The notes: generated from the sequence alone by a model not told the origin. Shown: positions 38,244 to 48,386, counted from the first letter of the stretch. The stretch: DNA of 64,000 bases from Blastocatellia bacterium (GCA_963765495.1 CAVXWP010000001.1:1184001-1248000); one strand, 5' to 3'. Translations and numbers: made by a program.

Positions 38244-38488
38244 GGCCGCAAAAAGGCAGGGACCTACCTCAGGGCCATTCAGTTTTCCAAAATGTAGAAC
38301 TGGAAAATAGAAATAGGCCGGGACGAATCCGCGCTAATCCGCCGCATCCGCGTCCGTCCCGGCCTATTCCCACTCGCCTTTCGTTCGAATTAACCTGCAA
38401 TAATTTTGTCGCATACAGCCCGCTACTCAAAAACTGAATGGCCCTGGGAGCCTACCTGATCTGACGACTCGAGAAACGGTCTTAATTC

Positions 38489-38517
38489 TTGACAGGACAT
38501 GGATGGTACGGTATGGT
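38489..38517 (+). promoter_or_regulatory. sigma70-type promoter upstream of the DegT-family gene (long leader)
   Basis: TTGACA(38489-94)-17 nt-TATGGT(38512-17). Confidence 0.55.
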
Positions 38518-38713
38518 CTTTCACGCCCGGTTTTTTGTGATTGCAGGCTCTAGTTAGGACGAGGAAGCGAGTAAAAAGTTTGGTTCGCACCCTCTGGAAT
38601 TTTGTCCCGGAATTTGTCATAGTACAGATTCCCAAGGTTCTCAAATTGTTTCCCCTGACAGTTAATTTATTTTGGGTTTTATGCCCCTTGTGTTTTCAAA
38701 AGGATTGAAATTA

Positions 38714-38845
38714 ATGAGGTAAGAAATTGCAGTCACCTCATAAAGCTTCTCTTCGTTGAAGCCATAGGCCGCCACAAATTGTGGTTTCCCTCCGGGGCTT
38801 AACAATTTATGGGAGCGGTCTATCTACTGTCATCCGGGACCGCTT
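38714..38845 (+). promoter_or_regulatory. candidate structured cis-regulatory RNA, copy 2
   Basis: Core GCCACAAATTGTGGTTTCCCTCCGGGGCTTAACAATT (38771-38807); flanking stems ATGAGGT/ACCTCAT, CCATA/TATGG, AGCGGTC/GACCGCT. Confidence 0.6.
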
Positions 38846-38869
38846 CACGCATATTTCGAGATAACATAT

Positions 38870-40030
38870 ATGTCAAAAACCAGTTCCGAATTTCAATCCT
38901 CCGAGACTGAGCGCGTTCCATTGCTCGATTTGAAGGCGCAATATGCCGCGATTCGCGAAGAAGTGCGCGCGGCAATTGATCGCGTGGCCGATTCGCAATA
39001 CTTTATCCTTGGGCCGGAGGTCGAGGCGCTCGAGCGCGAGATCGCCGCTTACTCCGAATGCGCCTGCGGGATAGGCGTATCCTCGGGCACGGACGCCCTG
39101 CTTGTGACGCTTATGGCAATGGATGTGAAGCCTGGGGATGAAATAATCACTACGCCGTATTCATTTTTCGCGACGGCTGGTTCTATAGCGCGTCTCGGAG
39201 CAAAGCCGGTCTTCGTCGATATCAACCCCGAGACTTACAACATCGATCCGGCCCTCATAGAAGCCGCGATTACAGAGCGCACTCGCGCCATAATGCCCGT
39301 CCATCTTTACGGGCAGATGGCCAATATGGACCCCGTCTTAGAAGTCGCCCGACGTCACAACCTGTACGTCATCGAAGACGCCGCGCAGGCCATAGGCGCG
39401 GAGTACAAAGGGCGTCGCGCAGGGTCGCTCGGGCATTTCGGGTGCTTCAGCTTCTTTCCTTCAAAGAACCTCGGGGGGTTCGGAGACGGAGGCATGGTCA
39501 CGGCAAATGATCAGACGCTTGCCGAGAGCGTAAAGCTGTTTCGCAATCACGGGTATAAACCGAAATATTACAACAAGGTGCTTGGCGGAAATTTCAGGCT
39601 CGATGCGATTCAAGCCGCTGTCCTGCGCGTGAAATTGAAATATCTCGACAACTGGACTGCCGGGCGCAGGCGTAATGCCGACGCTTATCGCGAGCTTTTT
39701 CGCGCGGCAGGTCTTACCGAAAAACGCGGGATCGTGATGCCTTTTGAGGCCGAAGATTGTCGCCATATCTACAACCAGTTTGTGATCCGCGCGCCCGAAA
39801 GAGATGGGCTTCGCGCCTATCTGAAAGAGCGACAGATAGAGACCGAAATTTATTACCCCGTGCCGCTGCACTTGCAGGAATGCTTTGATGAACTTGGCTA
39901 CAGCGAAGGCCAGTTCCCCTTGAGCGAAGAGGCCGCGCTCTCTACGCTTGCGCTTCCCATCTATCCTGAATTGACACTCGGGCAACAGGAAAGTGTGGTC
40001 CGAGCGATTGAGGGCTTTCTATCCGTATGA
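38870..40030 (+). CDS. DegT/DnrJ/EryC1/StrS sugar aminotransferase (WbpE/WlbC-like)
   Basis: 'DLKAQY', 'ILGPEV', 'SGTDAL', 'EDAAQA', PLP Lys in 'SFFPSKNLG', 'RLDAIQAA'. Confidence 0.92.
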   Translation: MSKTSSEFQSSETERVPLLDLKAQYAAIREEVRAAIDRVADSQYFILGPEVEALEREIAAYSECACGIGVSSGTDALLVTLMAMDVKPGDEIITTPYSFFATAGSIARLGAKPVFVDINPETYNIDPALIEAAITERTRAIMPVHLYGQMANMDPVLEVARRHNLYVIEDAAQAIGAEYKGRRAGSLGHFGCFSFFPSKNLGGFGDGGMVTANDQTLAESVKLFRNHGYKPKYYNKVLGGNFRLDAIQAAVLRVKLKYLDNWTAGRRRNADAYRELFRAAGLTEKRGIVMPFEAEDCRHIYNQFVIRAPERDGLRAYLKERQIETEIYYPVPLHLQECFDELGYSEGQFPLSEEAALSTLALPIYPELTLGQQESVVRAIEGFLSV

Positions 40031-41412
40031 GCAAGCGGCTTGACCTGGCGATAGCGACGGGATTGCTTTTTACGGTTGGATTTACCGCGCTCGCTTATGG
40101 AACGGTCGAAGCCTGGTCTGTCGCCGTATTCGAATTTCTCGTAACCGCGCTCGTAGTGCTCTGGGCAGCAAAGGCTGTCGCGGATAAACACCTCTCGGTA
40201 AACATCCCTGCGCTTGCGCTCCCGCTCGGAGCGTTTTTCCTTTTCGGTCTCGCGCAATCGGTGGCACTGACGGGCAGCGACGGAACCATCAAAAGCCTTT
40301 CGATGGATGTCGAGGCCACGCGGCGGGCGGTCACGGTGATCTTCTTTCTGTTTGTGGCATTTCTGGTTGCCGCAAACTTTTTTACAACGGCTAAACGATT
40401 GCGCGGGCTTGCGATATTCTTGACCCTGTACGGGCTGGGGATGGCGGTCTTTGCCCTCGTACAGCATTTCGCCTGGGACGGCAGATTCTTCTGGATAAGA
40501 CCGACAAAGGCGACCGTATTTGGCTCTTTTGTAAACCGCAATCATTTTGCCGGATATATGGAGATGCTGGTCCCCGTCCCGCTTGCGCTCATAATTTCGC
40601 GCGGCGCGGGCGAAGGGAGACTGATCTACGGGTTTGCCACGGCTCTTATGGGCACCTCGATAGCGATTTCCCAGTCTCGCGGCGGGATCATCAGCCTCGC
40701 CTGTGAACTGATCTTTATCGCGCTTATGAGCAAGCGAGTCTTGAACGCCTCGCGCCCGCAGAGAGGCAATCGGAGTGAGGGTACGATCCGCACCGGTCGA
40801 AGATTTGCCGCCGTGGGCATCGTTGCTGTTTTGATCTTATCGGGCACGGTATGGTGGCTGGGCCTTGCCCCGATAGCCGAGCGATTCGGGCAGATAATAG
40901 ATGATGTCTCAGGCTCCAATGCAAACGAGAACTATTCTCGCGCCGGGATGTGGCGAGACACGCTCGCGCTTGTCCGCGCAAATGCTGTTACGGGCACAGG
41001 GATTGGAGCCTTTGAAACCGTTTATCCTCAGTATGGTCAGAGCGACGGAACGCTCAGGGTAGATTATGCCCATAATGATTATCTGCAAGTGCTTGCTGAT
41101 AGCGGCATAGTGGGCGGGATTATCGCTCTCTCTTTTATCGTTCTTATCGGATTTGCGATGGCGCGGGCTACCAGATCGCGCGACCCTTTTGCCTGTGGGC
41201 TTGCGCTCGGATTGAGCGCGGGCATACTCGGGTTGCTCGTTCATTCCCTGTTTGACTTTAACCTTCAAATACCATCTAATGCGTTGTTATTTCTGGTTCT
41301 CGCGGGAGTGCTCGCGCACCTTGCCTCGACAGTCGATGTATACGGATCAGAAACCACACCCGAGCCTGCTTCAAGTGTTGCTGCGGGTTTTGTTACAAGA
41401 GGGGCTGTATGA
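40027..41412 (+). CDS. O-antigen ligase / Wzy_C family membrane protein
   Basis: About 12 TM helices, 'FVNRNHFAG', 'SRGG', 'R...W', 'GTGIG', 'AHNDYLQ', 'HSLFDF'. Confidence 0.88.
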   Translation: MSKRLDLAIATGLLFTVGFTALAYGTVEAWSVAVFEFLVTALVVLWAAKAVADKHLSVNIPALALPLGAFFLFGLAQSVALTGSDGTIKSLSMDVEATRRAVTVIFFLFVAFLVAANFFTTAKRLRGLAIFLTLYGLGMAVFALVQHFAWDGRFFWIRPTKATVFGSFVNRNHFAGYMEMLVPVPLALIISRGAGEGRLIYGFATALMGTSIAISQSRGGIISLACELIFIALMSKRVLNASRPQRGNRSEGTIRTGRRFAAVGIVAVLILSGTVWWLGLAPIAERFGQIIDDVSGSNANENYSRAGMWRDTLALVRANAVTGTGIGAFETVYPQYGQSDGTLRVDYAHNDYLQVLADSGIVGGIIALSFIVLIGFAMARATRSRDPFACGLALGLSAGILGLLVHSLFDFNLQIPSNALLFLVLAGVLAHLASTVDVYGSETTPEPASSVAAGFVTRGAV

Positions 41413-42482
41413 CATTTAGAGCTTTGTTGTCTTATAAATCGGGATTCGTTTATGTCCTGGTTTTCGCGTTTATCTGCGTTTCGGTTCCAGCCGCGTTCTC
41501 TCAGCAGGAAGGTCAGCAAAAACCGCCTCAGAGTTCATATCAGGTGAGCGGAGATGCTACATCGTCGAGCGTTATCGTCTCGCCAAAAGAAGAGTATCGA
41601 ATAGGGGCGAGCGATGTGATTGATATTCAGGTGGTGAGCCTGCCCGAGATGACGAGAACATGGCGTGTCGAAGCCGACGGTACGATAGCATTGCCTTATC
41701 TCGGCATCGTTCGAGCGGCTGACAAACCCGCAAGACAACTGGCTAAAGAGATCGCCGACGGGCTTCGCGGTGATTATCTCGTAGACCCGCAGGTCACGGT
41801 GATCGTAAAGCAGGTCAACAGCCGGACCTTTTTTATTCAGGGAGCGGTCAGAAGCCCGGGCGTTTATCAGATCACGGGTCGCCCTTCGCTTTTAGAGTTG
41901 ATAACGGTCGCCGGGGGACTCAGTAAGAGTTACGGCGCTACCGCTTTCATAATCCGCAGAGTCAAGAGACCTGAAAAAACGAGCGAGACGGCGAATCCTC
42001 AGACGGATGATAAGTCTTCCGGCGAGCCCTCTGAGTCAGACGGGATGCCGCAATTCGAGTTGATAAAGGCGAATATAAACGGCCTTCTTCGCGGCAACTT
42101 CGAGCAGAACATACCCGTTGAGCCCGGCGACATCGTGCACATTCCCGAGACCGATGTATTCTTTGTCGCGGGCGAAGTAAAAGCGCCCGGCTCTTTCCCG
42201 CTTAAGGAAGGCACGACCTTGCGCCAGGCCATATCGCTTGCGCAGGGCACTACATTTGAAGCCGCCACGGGTGAGGGCATCATATTCCGGGATGATACGA
42301 CAAACGGCAAGCGCGAAGAGATAAAGGTTGACATCAAAGATGTCATGTCGGGCAAGAAAGAAGACATTGCCATTCGCGCAAACGACATAATCATAGTTCC
42401 AAACAGCCGGTTCAAATCCGTAAGCGGTGCATTTCTTCGGGCGTTTGGATTGAGCGCCGCGCGCGCGCCCGTAAGATATTAG
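41409..42482 (+). CDS. polysaccharide export protein (Wza-like, SLBB domains)
   Basis: Signal peptide, 'YRIGASDVIDI', 'DGTIALPYLG', 'GAVRSPG', 'GEVKAPG'. Confidence 0.9.
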   Translation: MTFRALLSYKSGFVYVLVFAFICVSVPAAFSQQEGQQKPPQSSYQVSGDATSSSVIVSPKEEYRIGASDVIDIQVVSLPEMTRTWRVEADGTIALPYLGIVRAADKPARQLAKEIADGLRGDYLVDPQVTVIVKQVNSRTFFIQGAVRSPGVYQITGRPSLLELITVAGGLSKSYGATAFIIRRVKRPEKTSETANPQTDDKSSGEPSESDGMPQFELIKANINGLLRGNFEQNIPVEPGDIVHIPETDVFFVAGEVKAPGSFPLKEGTTLRQAISLAQGTTFEAATGEGIIFRDDTTNGKREEIKVDIKDVMSGKKEDIAIRANDIIIVPNSRFKSVSGAFLRAFGLSAARAPVRY

Positions 42483-42508
42483 CTTTCAGCTTGCTCCGGG
42501 CGGCGTTC

Positions 42509-42652
42509 CAGCAATTCTCGGTTTAGAAATTCTGTCTTAACAAAAAGTGAACCACGAAATACACGAAGCACACGAAATAGAAGAATTATTCGTGTATTTA
42601 GTCTGTTTCGTGGTATATCCCGGTGCGATTTCCTCTAAACCGAGAATTGCTG
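42509..42652 (-). mobile_element. 144-bp MITE, copy 2 (inverted relative to copy 1)
   Basis: Same 19-bp TIRs; 9-bp direct repeat GCGGCGTTC at 42500-42508 and 42653-42661; exact reverse complement of 15641-15784. Confidence 0.93.
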
Positions 42653-42726
42653 GCGGCGTTCAAAATTCTATAGGTAATTCCTTGAACTCAAGCAATAATA
42701 TCTGAGTATTTTCAGGAGAAGTAGAA

Positions 42727-45156
42727 ATGACAGATCAAGGGCTTGAAAAGATCCCACAAAAAGATGTAGCCCCCGCAGAGATTCGACCCAGTTACCCCGG
42801 CGCTTTTGCCGACAGGTATCCTCCTTCCTACGGCTACGGGTATGGCTACGGCGCGGAGGAAGGGCAGCTTAACCTGCGCCAGATCTGGCGGCTTGTTCGC
42901 AAGCGAAAATGGCTGATCATAAGCATCGCCCTGATTGTGACCACAATCGTCACTATCGAATCCTATCGCGCCAAATCCATCTATCGGGCCTCGGCCGTGG
43001 TCGAGATCGGACGCGACATGACCGCGCTCGCAAAAGCCGATAATGTGATCATACAAAATGATGACCCGCTTTATGTCAGCATGGCCACAAGCAAGGTCAT
43101 CATCAAAAGCCCTCCTGTGATCGAAGATGTAGTGACAAAACTCAAGCTCGATCAGAACGAGCGGTTTCTCGATGTGAACGGGAAAAAATCTTTCCTCGAA
43201 GCGCTGCGCGACATAGGGGTCAGGGCGCATGTTTTAAGCGCGCAGCCTACCGAGCCCGCCGTTTTTCAGGTGGCCGAAGATGAACAGCCGCGAGAGAGGC
43301 GAGAGCTTTCACAGAAAGAACTGGACCGTCTGTCTCCATATATAGGGGTGATCGAAGCCAATGTGAGCGCCGACGAGATTCCCGATACGCGGACGATGAG
43401 CATCTCCTTTACCCACACAAACGCGGAGATAGCCGCGGCGGTCGCCAACGCCGTCGCCGAAAGCTATATCAATTTCGATTTTCAAAACAAGACCGAAAAT
43501 GTCACAAAGGCGAGCAACTGGCTCGACCGCTCCACGCGTGAACTCAAGGCCAACGTAGAGAAGGCCGAAAGGGCGCTTGCCGACTACACTCGCGATCATA
43601 ATATTTTCTCGCTCGAAGGCAAAGAGACCTTAACGACCGACAAACTCTCTCGTCTGCACGATCAGGCCACGCGTGCCGAAACCGACCGAATACTCAAAGC
43701 CTCGCTTTATGAGGAGGTGCGAAAGGGGCGGGTCGCGCAGATACCCGAAGGCTTCTCCGATCCGAAGCTTGTCGAACTGCAAAAACAACTGGGCGCGCTT
43801 TCAACGCGTGCCGCCGAATTGAGCGCCACATACGGGCCCAAGCACCCGGAGGTGGTCAAGATCACTCGTCAGATCGAATCCATACAGAGCCAGATAGACG
43901 ACAGTCGCTCGTCTCTCGAAGAGAAACTCAAGGCCGATTACGAGCGCGCCCTTCGCGACGAGCAGGCGCTTAAAGAGGCGCTCGCCCGCGCCAAAGGCGA
44001 AGCCGTACAGCAAAACCAGGATGCTATCCAGTTCAATATCCTGAAGCAGGACGTAGACACGGCCAAATCCCTCTACACGGAATTCCTGGGAAAGATGAAA
44101 CAGGCCGATCTCGAAGTCGCGCAGCAGAAAAACAACCTCCGCCTGATCGCGCCCGCGCGAGTGTCGTGGGTGCCCGTTGGCCCGAATCGCTTTCGCCAGA
44201 TACTTATGGGTCTTTTCCTGAGCCTTGCCGCAGGCATCGGCCTCGCCTATTTCCTCGATTATCTCGATAACACCATAAAGAATGTCGAAGACGTAAACCG
44301 CTACATGCAACTTCCCGCGCTTGGCGTAATCCCGGCCATAGCCTCGGGCCGGGCCGATTCGATCAATGGCAGGGCAGGCGCGCGGGCGACCCTCAAAGGG
44401 AGCCAGTCCATCAATACACCCGAGAACGGATCGCTTTCCAATAGACCGGGCCAAATAATGGCGATGGACAGACGCTCATCGGCTGCGGAAGCCTATCGCG
44501 CGCTCAGAACTTCGGTGATGCTGTCATCGGCGGGCAATCCGCCTAAATGCATACTGGTCACGAGCGGACAGGCGGGCGAAGGCAAAACGACCACCACCAT
44601 CAATACCGCCATTTCGCTTGCGCAACTCGGCTCCTCGGTCCTCATCATAGATTGCGACCTTCGCCGCCCGTCGGTTCACAAGGTCTTTGGCGTAGATCAG
44701 ACGCAGGGGGTCTCAACCTATCTTTCGCGCAATGTCGATATAGACACCCTTATCCAGAAGATGCAGATTCCGAACCTGTCGCTTCTGCCCTGCGGGCCGA
44801 TACCGCCGAACCCGGCCGAGTTGATCAGTTCTCAGAAGATGAAGGACATGCTCAAAATGCTCTCCGAGCGGTTCGACCATATACTGATAGATTCTCCGCC
44901 GCTCATAAACGTTACGGACCCCGTGATACTTTCAACGCTTGTTGACGGCGTCATCCTCGTGATTCACGGCGGCAAGAGCCCGCGCTCTGTCGCGTGGCGC
45001 GCAAAACAGGAACTGACAAGCGTCGGAGCCAAGATATTCGGCGTGGTCCTCAATAACGTAGACCTCACACGCGGAGGATACGACGAGTACTACTACCACA
45101 GACACTATTCCGGCTATTACGAATCGACGGGTACCGAACAGCGAGACGGACAGTAG
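42727..45156 (+). CDS. polysaccharide co-polymerase / BY-kinase (Wzc/GumC)
   Basis: Two TM helices with coiled coil between, 'EAYRALRT', Walker A 'GEGKTT', 'DCDLRRP', 'DSPP', C-terminal Tyr cluster. Confidence 0.93.
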   Translation: MTDQGLEKIPQKDVAPAEIRPSYPGAFADRYPPSYGYGYGYGAEEGQLNLRQIWRLVRKRKWLIISIALIVTTIVTIESYRAKSIYRASAVVEIGRDMTALAKADNVIIQNDDPLYVSMATSKVIIKSPPVIEDVVTKLKLDQNERFLDVNGKKSFLEALRDIGVRAHVLSAQPTEPAVFQVAEDEQPRERRELSQKELDRLSPYIGVIEANVSADEIPDTRTMSISFTHTNAEIAAAVANAVAESYINFDFQNKTENVTKASNWLDRSTRELKANVEKAERALADYTRDHNIFSLEGKETLTTDKLSRLHDQATRAETDRILKASLYEEVRKGRVAQIPEGFSDPKLVELQKQLGALSTRAAELSATYGPKHPEVVKITRQIESIQSQIDDSRSSLEEKLKADYERALRDEQALKEALARAKGEAVQQNQDAIQFNILKQDVDTAKSLYTEFLGKMKQADLEVAQQKNNLRLIAPARVSWVPVGPNRFRQILMGLFLSLAAGIGLAYFLDYLDNTIKNVEDVNRYMQLPALGVIPAIASGRADSINGRAGARATLKGSQSINTPENGSLSNRPGQIMAMDRRSSAAEAYRALRTSVMLSSAGNPPKCILVTSGQAGEGKTTTTINTAISLAQLGSSVLIIDCDLRRPSVHKVFGVDQTQGVSTYLSRNVDIDTLIQKMQIPNLSLLPCGPIPPNPAELISSQKMKDMLKMLSERFDHILIDSPPLINVTDPVILSTLVDGVILVIHGGKSPRSVAWRAKQELTSVGAKIFGVVLNNVDLTRGGYDEYYYHRHYSGYYESTGTEQRDGQ

Positions 45157-45339
45157 GCGGGGGCCAGGGGCCGGGGGCCGGGGCCGGTGATCAGTGATCA
45201 GTATCCTGGAATCTGGACAAGTCTGATCCGCGTAAATCCGCCTCGATCCGCGTAATCCGTGGGCTATTGCTACTGTCCTGATCTTGCGGTTCCATTTAAT
45301 CGATAATAATTCCAACAAACCGATCACTGACCACTGCCT

Positions 45340-47175
45340 ATGTGCGGACTTGTAGCTCTTTTTCGATACCATGCTCAATCGCCCGAACTCGACAGAGGCG
45401 AACTGGAAAAGATGCGCGACTATATGAGCGGGCGCGGCCCCGATGGAAGCGGAGCGTGGTTTTCCGCAGACCGCCGCGTGGCGCTCGGCCATCGCCGCCT
45501 TTCAATCGTGGACCTGAGCGATGCGGGCGCTCAGCCGATGACAAATGAAACGGGGAGCCTCCGCCTCGTCTTCAACGGAGAGATATACAATTACCAGCCG
45601 CTCAGAGAACATTTGATCGAACAGGGCCACACGTTTAGCTCGCATGCGGATACGGAAGTCCTGCTTCACCTCTATGAAGAAAAAGGCGAGCGGATGTTTG
45701 ATGACCTTCGCGGCATGTTCGCTTTTGCTTTGTGGGACGCCGAACGCAACGGGCTGCTGCTTGCCCGCGACCACTACGGCATCAAGCCTCTTTACTACGC
45801 CGATGACGGAAGAGTTGTGCGCGTGGCCTCTCAGGTCAAGGCGTTACTGTCCGGGGGCCGCGTCTCGCGCGAGCAGGAGCCTGCCGGGATCTGTGGATTT
45901 TATATTACCGGGAGCGTTCCCGAACCCTTTACAACCTATAAAGAGATACGCTCGGTCCCGGCCGGAAGCTATCTCTGGATAACCGAGCGCGGGGCCAAAG
46001 AGCCTCGCAGCTATTTTTCTGTAGCCGCGATATTTCGAGACGCCCGTCTTGCGGCCTCTGATTCTTCATCGGTTCAACGGGAGCGCGTGGTGGCCGATGC
46101 TCTGCTCGATTCCGTACGCCATCATCTGATCGCCGATGTCCCGGTGATCGCGTTCCTGTCGGCAGGGATCGACTCCGGTTCGATAGTCGGGCTTGCGCGC
46201 GACGCGGGGGCCGAAAATTTACAGACCGTGACGCTGGCCTTTGAAGAGTATCAGGGTAAGGCTGAAAACGAAGCGCCGCTTGCCGCCCAGATTGCCTGCC
46301 ATTACGGCACCCGTCATAGCACGCGCGTGCTCGGCGAAGCGGAATTTTGCGCCGATCTGCCAAAGATACTCGAAGCGATGGACCAGCCTACCATAGACGG
46401 CATAAACACTTATTTCGTAAGCAAGGCATCGGCAGAACTCGGAGTAAAAGCCGCTTTATCTGGGCTTGGCGGAGACGAGCTTTTCGGAGGCTATCCGTCA
46501 TTTCAAGACATACCCCGCTGGGTGGAAAGAGTCGCTGCCGTGGGTCGCGTGCCGGGGCTTGGCAAGGTTGCGCGCTCTTTTGTCGCCCCGTTTATTTCTG
46601 AAAACCGCTCTCCAAAACTCGCGGGGATGATCGAATACGGCGGCACGTATGCTGGCGCTTACCTGCTGCGGAGGGGGCTTTTTATGCCCTGGGAATTAAA
46701 GAACCTGCTTGGCGAAGAGATGGCCTCGGAAGGGCTTCGCCGCTTAAAGCCTCTGGAGTATTTCAACGCCATGCTACAACCCGATCCCGGTCTGCCTTTC
46801 GCCCGCGTGGCCGCGCTTGAGGCGTCTCTTTACATGCGCAATCAATTGCTGCGCGATGCCGATTGGGCCGGTATGGCGCATTCGCTCGAAATCCGAACCC
46901 CGCTTGTGGACGCGCAACTCTTAAAATCGCTCGCTCCAGTCCTGATAAAAGAATCGGCGAGAGGCAAGAGCCTGCTTGCCAAAAGCCCTTCACGCCCGTT
47001 GCCCCGGTCAATCACCGCGCGCCCAAAGACAGGCTTTACCGTCCCCATAAGCCGGTGGATAGAACAAAACAAGAGCCTCGATGTGTGGCGCAAAATTCCC
47101 GAGCTTTCCCGCCCTGGAATTCACTGGTCGCGCCGCTGGGCCTACACCGCGGTCGAACTCGGAGTATCGCTTTAA
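45340..47175 (+). CDS. asnB: asparagine synthetase (Gln-hydrolysing)-like sugar amidotransferase
   Basis: N-terminal 'MCG', 'RGPDG', 'HRRLSIVD', 'FNGEIYN', 'LSAGIDS', 'GGDELFGGY'. Confidence 0.88.
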   Translation: MCGLVALFRYHAQSPELDRGELEKMRDYMSGRGPDGSGAWFSADRRVALGHRRLSIVDLSDAGAQPMTNETGSLRLVFNGEIYNYQPLREHLIEQGHTFSSHADTEVLLHLYEEKGERMFDDLRGMFAFALWDAERNGLLLARDHYGIKPLYYADDGRVVRVASQVKALLSGGRVSREQEPAGICGFYITGSVPEPFTTYKEIRSVPAGSYLWITERGAKEPRSYFSVAAIFRDARLAASDSSSVQRERVVADALLDSVRHHLIADVPVIAFLSAGIDSGSIVGLARDAGAENLQTVTLAFEEYQGKAENEAPLAAQIACHYGTRHSTRVLGEAEFCADLPKILEAMDQPTIDGINTYFVSKASAELGVKAALSGLGGDELFGGYPSFQDIPRWVERVAAVGRVPGLGKVARSFVAPFISENRSPKLAGMIEYGGTYAGAYLLRRGLFMPWELKNLLGEEMASEGLRRLKPLEYFNAMLQPDPGLPFARVAALEASLYMRNQLLRDADWAGMAHSLEIRTPLVDAQLLKSLAPVLIKESARGKSLLAKSPSRPLPRSITARPKTGFTVPISRWIEQNKSLDVWRKIPELSRPGIHWSRRWAYTAVELGVSL

Positions 47176-47178
47176 CAG

Positions 47179-48012
47179 ATGTCTGAAATAAGCCGCGAAG
47201 AGATAGTCATAGAACCGGGCCGGGGCTTTAAGCACTACTGGCGGGACCTCTGGAATTACCGCGAGTTGTTTTACTTTCTGGCCTGGCGCGACATCGCCGT
47301 ACGCTATAAACAGACAGTCATAGGCGTGGCCTGGAGCGTCATCCGGCCCGTGTTGACTATGGCCGTCTTCGTAGTGGTATTCGGGCATCTCGCCAAATTG
47401 CCTTCGGATGGAGTGCCTTATCCGATACTGGTCTTTGCGGCGATGCTGCCGTGGCAGTTCTTTTCAAACGCGCTCTCGGAGAGCAGCAACAGCCTCGTGG
47501 GAAACGCCAATATGATCTCGAAGGTCTACTTCCCGCGCCTCGCGATTCCTGCCAGCGCCGTGATCGTGAGCTTTGTTGATTTCCTGATCTCGTTTGCGGT
47601 GCTTGTGATACTGATGATCTGGTATCAGTTTGCGCCGGGCTGGCGTTTGCTCACTCTCCCGTTTTTTACGCTTCTGGCACTCGGCGCGGCGCTCGGCGCG
47701 GGGCTGTGGTTTGCTTCGCTCAATGTCAAGTATAGAGACTTTCGCTTTATCGTCCCTTTCGTAGTCCAATTCGGGTTGTACATTTCGCCCGTAGGTTTCA
47801 GCAGCCAGATCGTGCCCGCCCGCTGGCGTTTGCTTTATTCCGTCAACCCGCTCGTAGGCGTAATAGACGGGTTTCGCTGGGCGATCCTCGGCGATAATGT
47901 AGAGCTTTACCTGCCGGGTTTTGCGCTCTCGGTAGGGATAGTGATTATGTTACTTGTGAGCGGCGCGTGGTATTTCCGCAGAACCGAAAGAACTTTTGCC
48001 GATGTGATTTGA
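47179..48012 (+). CDS. ABC-2 polysaccharide exporter permease (Wzm)
   Basis: 'RDIAVRYKQT..G..W', 'KVYFPR', 'YRDFR', 'NPL'. Confidence 0.92.
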   Translation: MSEISREEIVIEPGRGFKHYWRDLWNYRELFYFLAWRDIAVRYKQTVIGVAWSVIRPVLTMAVFVVVFGHLAKLPSDGVPYPILVFAAMLPWQFFSNALSESSNSLVGNANMISKVYFPRLAIPASAVIVSFVDFLISFAVLVILMIWYQFAPGWRLLTLPFFTLLALGAALGAGLWFASLNVKYRDFRFIVPFVVQFGLYISPVGFSSQIVPARWRLLYSVNPLVGVIDGFRWAILGDNVELYLPGFALSVGIVIMLLVSGAWYFRRTERTFADVI

Positions 48013-48047
48013 GTGAACGGTAAAAGGTGATTTGGTAGAATAAAGCT

Positions 48048-48386
48048 ATGAACCTCGAAATTGTAGAAGATTCAGTGCCGCTCAGGGTAGATGCATCAGG
48101 AGTAGTGCGCGTCGGTGAAACCAGAGTGTCAATTGATGTGGTGGTTCGAGCATATCTTGAGGGGGCAATACCGGAGGAAATCGCCGAACAATTCCCCTCC
48201 TTGCTACTGGCCGATGTTTATGCGGCAATAACCTACTATCTCAAGCATCGAGATGAAGTTGACAGGTATCTCGGCTGGCGGCAGCAGGAGCGCGAAAAAG
48301 TAAAACAAGAGAACGAAGCAAGGACCAACCCTTCAGGCTTGCGTGAGCGTCTTCTGGCGCGGATGAAATCTTCGACAACAAAATAA
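48048..48386 (+). CDS. DUF433 family antitoxin
   Basis: 'VRVGETRVSID...PEEIAEQFPSL.LADVYAAITYY'. Confidence 0.85.
   Translation: MNLEIVEDSVPLRVDASGVVRVGETRVSIDVVVRAYLEGAIPEEIAEQFPSLLLADVYAAITYYLKHRDEVDRYLGWRQQEREKVKQENEARTNPSGLRERLLARMKSSTTK

Noticed and set aside
18-45336. CRISPR array
   Set aside because: Repeats are 7-12-nt tandem units without unique ~30-nt spacers, and no cas genes are present.
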